55,048 nt of DNA from Octopus bimaculoides (taxonomy: Eukaryota): the NCBI RefSeq assembly GCF_001194135.2, contig NC_068994.1, positions 1,859,462 to 1,914,509 on the forward strand, given 5' to 3'. The position numbers and the translations under genes were made by a program. Under the pieces are notes generated by a model. It was given only the letters and a program-made list of their open reading frames with translations, did not search any database and had not been told where the DNA came from. Below are positions 47,989 through 55,048 of this stretch, in pieces (the stretch's first letter is position 1; each line of letters starts with the position of its first letter).

Positions 47989-47989
<1 letters not shown>

Positions 47990-48079
<90 letters not shown>
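47990..48079. repeat. Perfect (CA)45 microsatellite
   Basis: Direct count: 90 nt. Confidence 0.95.
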
Positions 48080-48081
<2 letters not shown>

Positions 48082-48399
48082 GAACTGTGTTTTCTTATAA
48101 CATTGATTTATTTGCATTTATCAAAGGGTCTTGAGGTTTGGTATCTCAAAGAATATTGACTTTAAAATCAGATGATGATGATGAAGATACTTCATTGCAA
48201 GATAACCATAAATTTCATGCACAATAACAGGTGAGGTTTGAAACTGTATCAGGTAAAACTGCCCTGCTTAATGAACTAATGCAGAGAGGGATTGAACCGT
48301 GTATCAGCATATACAGGTAAAATAGATTATAGATTACATGTCTATATAGAACAGGTTTCCTAAGATGATATCTAGGAAGGAGCAATGTCCGTGACCTTT

Positions 48400-48740
48400 A
48401 CAGACCCTCCAAAACCAGTGAGGTTAATGTTGTGAAGGAAAGATATGATGATTCCAGAGGGAGGATGTTTGGGTGAGAAATGATTGGGTATGATGGTTGA
48501 AGCAGGGCTGGGGTTGTTGAACAGAGCAAGATTGACAAGAAGGGGTGAGATGAGCAGGTCAGAGACTCACACACGGAGTGGATGGACGAGAGCATGCGAC
48601 TCTGAGGAAGGAAGTTTAATGCCATCAGCATGTTGTTGTTTTGAGATTTGGTGGCCTTCATTCTTTTGCAAACATTGAAGCCAGTTCTTTTACTACCCAT
48701 GTCCACACTGGACATCATGCACATCAATTCCTACCGATTC
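48400..48740 (-). mobile_element. Highly degenerate CR1/L2-group LINE 3' end
   Basis: SSHPF...FLTQTSSLWNHHIFP resembles the SHPF...FFPRTSRLWN.LP..FP terminus. Confidence 0.45.
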
Positions 48741-49069
48741 TTCAAAAGTCTGCAAAGCACAAGAGTTATTTTCTGCTCTTATGATGAATGTATAACTGAA
48801 ATGAAAATTACATGTACACACACACACACACACACACACAGATAGAGAGATAGAAATAGATGATAGATATGCATGCATGTATGTATGAATGAATGTATGT
48901 ATACATATATATGTTTCTAGCTATTTATCCTTTTATATATGTATGTGTATGTTTATATGTAGAATACATACATATACATGTGTAATATGATGGAAATACA
49001 TAATATATGCATGTGTGATTATGTCTGTGTGTATATATGTATACATATGTATGGATATATTCACAAGCA

Positions 49070-49109
<40 letters not shown>

Positions 49110-49982
49110 TGGATGCAAGACAATGCCATACAATTTTCGGAAGTGATTCAAAAGCCCCAACTCTGGCCAGTTTTGCAGAACAAAAAGTGACATTCATGAG
49201 ATAGCATCAGACTAAAAATATAGCGCTGTGTGTTCCATGTTTCACAACCACCATAAANNNNNNNNNNNNNNNNNNNNNNNNNNNNNNNNNNNNNNNNNNN
49301 NNNNNNNNNNNNNNNNNNNNNNNNNNNNNNNNNNNNNNNNNNNNNNNNNNNNNNNNNNNNNNNNNNNNNNNNNNNNNNNNNNNNNNNNNNNNNNNNNNNN
49401 NNNNNNNNNNNNNNNNNNNNNNNNNNNNNNNNNNNNNNNNNNNNNNNNNNNNNNNNNNNNNNNNNNNNNNNNNNNNNNNNNNNNNNNNNNNNNNNNNNNN
49501 NNNNNNNNNNNNNNNNNNNNNNNNNNNNNNNNNNNNNNNAATAATAATAATAATAATAGTAATAATAATAATAATAGTAATAATAATAATAATAATAATA
49601 GTAATAATAATAGTAATAATAATAATAATGATAATAATAATAATGCTAATTGATACAATAAACAACAGAAGAAAAGGAATACGGTAAATACAAAGAAATA
49701 TATAAAGGAGAATTGTTTGTGTGTGTATAAAAAAATATATATATATATAATGAAAGAGAGAGTGAGTAATGCATTGATGCACAACAATATATACATCATT
49801 TCACAACAGCATCCTGATAAATACAGGAAGTGATAAAAAAGTTATAAAATAGTTATAAAATTATACAATATTTAAATAAATATAAAAAGTAAATTAAGAT
49901 TGTTAAACATGTTTTTCATGGATCAACATCATTGCAATGTTTGGAAGTGATCTGAGTGATAGCAGTTATCTTCTCTTGTTTT

Positions 49983-49998
49983 CTGGCAGGTGGCGCTG
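49983..49998 (+). promoter_or_regulatory. CTCF-like motif containing a CGCT box
   Basis: CTGGCAGGTGGCGCTG matches CCRSYAGRKGGCRSY at all but one position, in an AT-rich, non-repeat context about 2.07 kb upstream of the PcdhC ATG. Confidence 0.55.
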
Positions 49999-51059
49999 CT
50001 CTGATCAATTGAGAGATTAAAAAACAAGACAAGATCAATAAATACAAACACTGTCTTTGACGTATTATCAGTTTTAATGATCAAGAAAGTGTTTTAGTAA
50101 AGATGGTGGATGGATATATTTTAAAGGATTCTTGAAATAAACATTGGAAAGAGTAGTTGTGTGTGTGTGTGTTACAAACTGCTTGTTGTAGGGAAATGGT
50201 AAATGGTAAAAAGGAGCGCTTGTTGTTGAGTAATGTTGGAAGAAGTCAACTTGAAACACTTTCTGATAATAGTAACTCTATCAGTCACAAAGGAAGTCAA
50301 TGTGGACTATTGCTTCACATATGAGAAGTAGCAGCCAAATCTCCCTCAAATTACACCCTATTGTCTCATGTATAGATGTCTGTATGAGCCAGTGAGTGGT
50401 GTCAAGACAAAGACATACACACACACAAAGAAGTTGTCATATTTATTCTTTTACTTGTTTCAGTCATTTGGTACTCCAGCATGGCCACAGCTGGAGTACC
50501 AAATTTGAGTCCAATTCTCAAAGACAGAATACACTTCATTCCAGTCATCATTCTGTTGCCCTTTCTTGTTACTTGCATCCCTGATTTCAATGCAGATTTA
50601 CCATTTTTCTTAGAGTTCTTCACCCTATTATTTCATCAATTCTCAAATCCCACCTTGCCCCACTCTCTCTCTCTCTGCATCAATCTGTTTCCATAACTTC
50701 TAATAAAACATTTCTTTTCCTTATTAACACACCACAACGTTTCTTGCCACTCTTGCTTTTAGCCAGAGTTATCAACCTTAGATTCAATATTGTATTTTGG
50801 TGTAGTATGGAGATGCACTAATGAGGGTGAGACATCTCACCTGATACAGACACAAGACAGGAAGTTACAATTTAAATGACAGTCAAATCACAAATAAACA
50901 GCTGCTGCAGAATGCATTGTTCTGATGGAGTCTTTGGACATGCAATATTTGCTAAGGTATTATCAACTATGTTGACATATAGTGTATATAAATATATATA
51001 CACACACACACATATATATATATATACCTCATATTTGTGCATAATGTATATTTGTATAA

Positions 51060-51115
<56 letters not shown>

Positions 51116-51135
51116 GATTATATCGACCTTCCTGC

Positions 51136-51279
51136 ATAACTGGTACTTATTTAATCGACCCTGAAATGATGAAAGGCAAAGTCAACCTCGGCGGAATTTG
51201 AACTCAGAATGTAACGGCAGATGAAATACCGCTAAGCATTTCGCCTGGCGTGCTCACGATTCTGCCAGCTCCCTGCCCT
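51136..51279 (-). mobile_element. Family D SINE, young copy (5' two-thirds)
   Basis: Reverse complement: GAGCTGGCAGAATCG (A box)...GAGTTCAAATTCCGCC (B box)...TCGATTAAATAAGTACCAGTT. Confidence 0.85.
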
Positions 51280-52084
51280 AATCATCATCAATACTATCAG
51301 CATCATCATCATGATCATCATTATCATCACAGCTGTCCTCCTCCTTATCATCATCATTGCCACCACCATGTAAATGTCTCTCTCTCTCTCTCTCTCTCCC
51401 TCTCTCCCTCTCATTTGGTTTGTCTTCTGCATCACACAAACACATAAATACAGAAATACACAGATTCCATGGCCATACATCTAAAACCATCAAATCACCC
51501 CACCACCGCTATCATCATTGTCATTTTCCTCTTTATTGTAATTAATGTTGGTGTTGTTGCTAGGAAACCCATTCTTTCCTACTGAGAAGTAAATTTAGGT
51601 AATTTTTGTGACCTTAATGAGAAGAGGAGGAAGGGGAGGAGTGTGGGTTGAATGAGGGAGAAAGATGGAGACGAAAGAGGCCCATAGATACGTACATGTA
51701 TTTAAAGATACACACATGTATAAATATACATACTCATTCATGTACATTTATATTTATATATATGTATATACACACACATATATACATACATAAAAACACA
51801 CTTACATACACACATACACACACACATGTATGTATGTTTAAATTGAATGCCCCCAGCATAAATACCACTCAATTTTCAATATTTCCACAATTAAACTACC
51901 ATACTCAACCACACCTAATATCAGATTCCTTCTAACAGCTTCCAAAAGATGCAAACTTAGCCATTACAACTCACCCACCCACTACCTATAACAATCATAA
52001 TGACTATGACTCATGTAGGAGACTGAATAACGGTAAAGGAAACTCTAGCAACAGGGGCCAGCTTAGCCATAGTAATAATAATAA

Positions 52085-52925
52085 TCCTTCCTACTGGAGG
52101 CACAGGGCCTTAAATTTTGTGGGGAGGGGACTAGTTAATTAGAGCTCAATGATATGCAACATGGTGATCTCATATCAAGATAAACTGTGCGTGACCTTGC
52201 AGGTGGGGCTCAGTTAGAATTTTCTTCAGAACAAGCAGCCAATCCTGCTCAAAAGTTCCCTGAATAAGAGATGTATTTAGGAGGATGAAAAAATACACAT
52301 CTTTCTAAAGAATTTCCCCAAAGAATTCCTCTCAATACATGGCTTTGATGCTTCTCCACTACTTCTGCACATGATGATTAGGGACCGCCTGACTGGCCTT
52401 GTAGGGTTTTCGAGCGAGATCGTTGCTAGTGCCCCTGGACTGGCTCTTGTGCGGGTGGCACATAAAAGACACCATTTCGAGCGTGGCCGTTTTCGTGCGG
52501 GTGACACATAAAAGCACCCACTACACTCTCTGAGTGGTTGGCGTTAGGAAGGGCATCCAGCTGTAGAAACTCTGCCAAATTAGACTGGAGCCTGGTGTTG
52601 CCATCCGGTTTCACCAGTCCTCAGTCAAATCGTCCAACCCATGCCAGCATGGAAAGCGGACGTTAAACGATGATGATGATGATGATGATTATTATTATTA
52701 TTGTTATTAAGGCAGTAAGCTGGCAGACTCGTTTGCACACTGGGCAAAGAAGTATTTCGTCTGCCTTGACGTTCTGAGTTCAAATTCCACCAAGGTTTAC
52801 TTGGCTTTTCATCCTTTCAGGGTCGATAAAACAAGTACCAGTTGAACACTGGGGATCGATGTAATCATTTCACCCCCACCCCCACCCCTAAAATGGCTGC
52901 CCTTGTGGCAGAATTTGAAACCATT
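52085..52925. mobile_element. Stack of retroposons: D 3' end (-), E fragment, long young C copy (52380-52689, +), D copy (52710-52925, +)
   Basis: Each segment matches other copies in the window; the C copy abuts the E fragment and ends in (GAT)n. Confidence 0.8.
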
Positions 52926-53574
52926 ATTATTGTCGTTCTATATTTAAAAGATGAGGAATTATGTACATTATTATAATGCTGCCTTGACGGCTCCACTTCT
53001 CATTATACATGTTTTTGACTAAAAGCTACATTGTTCATTAATTTAACACTTACCACATGTGCGCATATTTATGACTATGGTAACCATGGAGTAAAAGGTG
53101 CTTGCTATTTTACACCTTTTCTAGGAGAACCCACCAAGACAACCCCATCAAGAGACCCAGAAAGGGAGACTCTGTGCAGTGCAATGGCTGCTGCTAAAAA
53201 TAGCATGATAATCTCCCTAACACCTGACTAAATGAAAGCCCATGTTGGATAATGTAGTCCTAGATATACTATGCCTGAATGAAAAACTGGAAGGTTATGG
53301 TGGGAGCATCTTGGATAATAAGGCCACTGAACCAGGGATGAGCTATGCCTAAATAGCAACAACAACCAAGAGACTGTGTGAGGAGTACCCAGGAGGGGTA
53401 CCTACCAAAAGCACCAATGTGTCTCAACATCAGGGTGGAAGGACCCAGTGCGATGACACACAGACAGATAGTTGCCTATGGTGTAAGGGGCCTCCTTGAG
53501 TTACTTACAGACAAGTCAAAGAGTTGGTGGTGTCGGTTGGGATGATAGTAGTGGCAACAGCAGCTGTAGTAGTG

Positions 53575-53608
<34 letters not shown>

Positions 53609-54219
53609 CAACAGCAGAATAGTACTGTTGAGGATAGTGGTGGTGGTGATGGTTGAGGTGGAGGTAGTAGTGGAAATGGTGGTGGTAGTGGTGGGGTTGG
53701 GGGTAAAATTTAGGAAGGATTTCATTGTAAGAGTTGGTGAGGTGGGTGAGCAGGCAAGGGTCTAGGGTGTAATGCTGTGTTCACAGCTAAGATTGATGGA
53801 TTAGTTATGTCTGGTATTGATCGGAGAAGTAAGGCTTGATTCATCCATCATTGATGTCAAGGTTCCCTGCCTCATGTCACCACTAGAATCAGCAGCTGTA
53901 GCTATAACACCACCACCACCACCACCACCACCACCACCATTACTATGGCAATCACTATCATCATTTGCATCATCATCCCTATTCTCATCATTATCACTCC
54001 ACCACCATTACCATAGGCATCATCATCATCATCATCATCACCACCACCATCATCATCACCATCACTACCATCACCATAGGCATCATCATCATCATCATCG
54101 TCATCAATAGTTAGAGAAGAAAATTAGACGTTGACAACAATGTGACCTCTTTTCTATGTCTTTGTGTTTCATTTCTCCAAAGACTGAAGTGAAAAGGTGT
54201 TGCCCAACAGGTACATATA

Positions 54220-54250
<31 letters not shown>

Positions 54251-54257
54251 GCATCCT

Positions 54258-54325
54258 ACCTGAAATATCTGCAATAATGACTGGTATACCACAAGGCACC
54301 GTCCTTAAGCCTAATTCATTTCAGT
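54258..54325 (+). mobile_element. Small CR1/Jockey RT fragment
   Basis: PEISAIMTGIPQGTVLKP resembles the SGVPQGTVLGP RT motif. Confidence 0.5.
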
Positions 54326-55048
54326 GACCCTTGTAAGAGTCACACTGTGTATAAACACTCAGTGAACAAAACTATATAATGGATCGAGTGTAGATGTTTG
54401 GTGTTGTGATGCAGGGATCAAGGAAAGATTATCCCCCATCAGGGTCATGTGTCACTGCTAGGCACTGGACTGGAAACTGTAATGAAGCCTGAGGAATCAT
54501 CAACATCGTCATTGTCATCATCAGCATCATCAGCATCCTCATATTAAAATCTACATTTCTGTGATTGCATCAATCAAACAAAATTTGCTGAAGCAGATTT
54601 TCTGTGGTCAGATTTTCTTTGGTCAGCTGTCTTTCTTGTCATTAAAAACATTGCCTGTGTTCAAGCAAGATGATATCACCCTCTGGCCAGACACATTTTC
54701 GCTGAAGATTGGAAACAAATTACACTGCTTGTATGACAGTGAGAATCATTTACAGTTTTCATGCTCTGCCAAGACTTTAAGACACAAACACACACAGATC
54801 ATTGTACACACTCACAAGGATGCATACTCTCATACACACACGTATGCAGCAGGCGTCTTTCAGATTCTGTCGGCCCAATTCACCTTCAAGGCTTTGGGCA
54901 TGAACACTGTAAACAAGGGTTGTAAGAACTTCTTAAGCATACAGCTGTGCATGGTATGAGTACATCACACTGAGTATATATAAGAATATATAAAGATATA
55001 GATATAGATGTGTATTTGTATATAACTATATATATATATATATATATA

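Noticed and set aside
49780-49840. Strong acceptor-like site at 49814 as a leader exon of PcdhC
   Set aside because: No good downstream donor visible and no similarity to the 169-nt exon; mentioned only as context for the CTCF-like motif.
54561-54959. 132-aa ORF near the window end
   Set aside because: GTG start, no recognisable motif, includes CA-repeat translation.

Overview
AT-rich, microsatellite- and retroposon-dense eukaryotic DNA from a gapped draft assembly (14 N-runs). The protocadherin sequence style and SINE families point to an octopus/coleoid cephalopod protocadherin cluster (species assignment is inference). Three head-to-tail minus-strand protocadherin large exons are present: PcdhA (1-817, runs off the window), PcdhB (3771-4756, runs into a gap; about 95% nt identical to PcdhA) and PcdhC (45513-47909, 6 EC + TM, a divergent paralog ending at a phase-0 splice donor). 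All three large exons are preceded by a conserved 22-nt splice acceptor 32-33 nt upstream of the ATG. PcdhA and PcdhB each have a 169-nt upstream leader exon, and one TATA-associated candidate first exon lies at about 9384-9522. Also present: an intact tRNA-Phe(GAA) antisense in the PcdhA leader intron, a strong CTCF-like/CGCT motif about 2 kb upstream of PcdhC, and many SINE, LINE (RTE, CR1, RLE), Penelope, Mariner, hAT-MITE and Helitron remnants. Most short ORFs in the supplied track are microsatellite or N-gap artefacts. Gene models beyond the CDS are predictions from splice signals and duplication conservation, not transcript evidence; TE boundaries are approximate.
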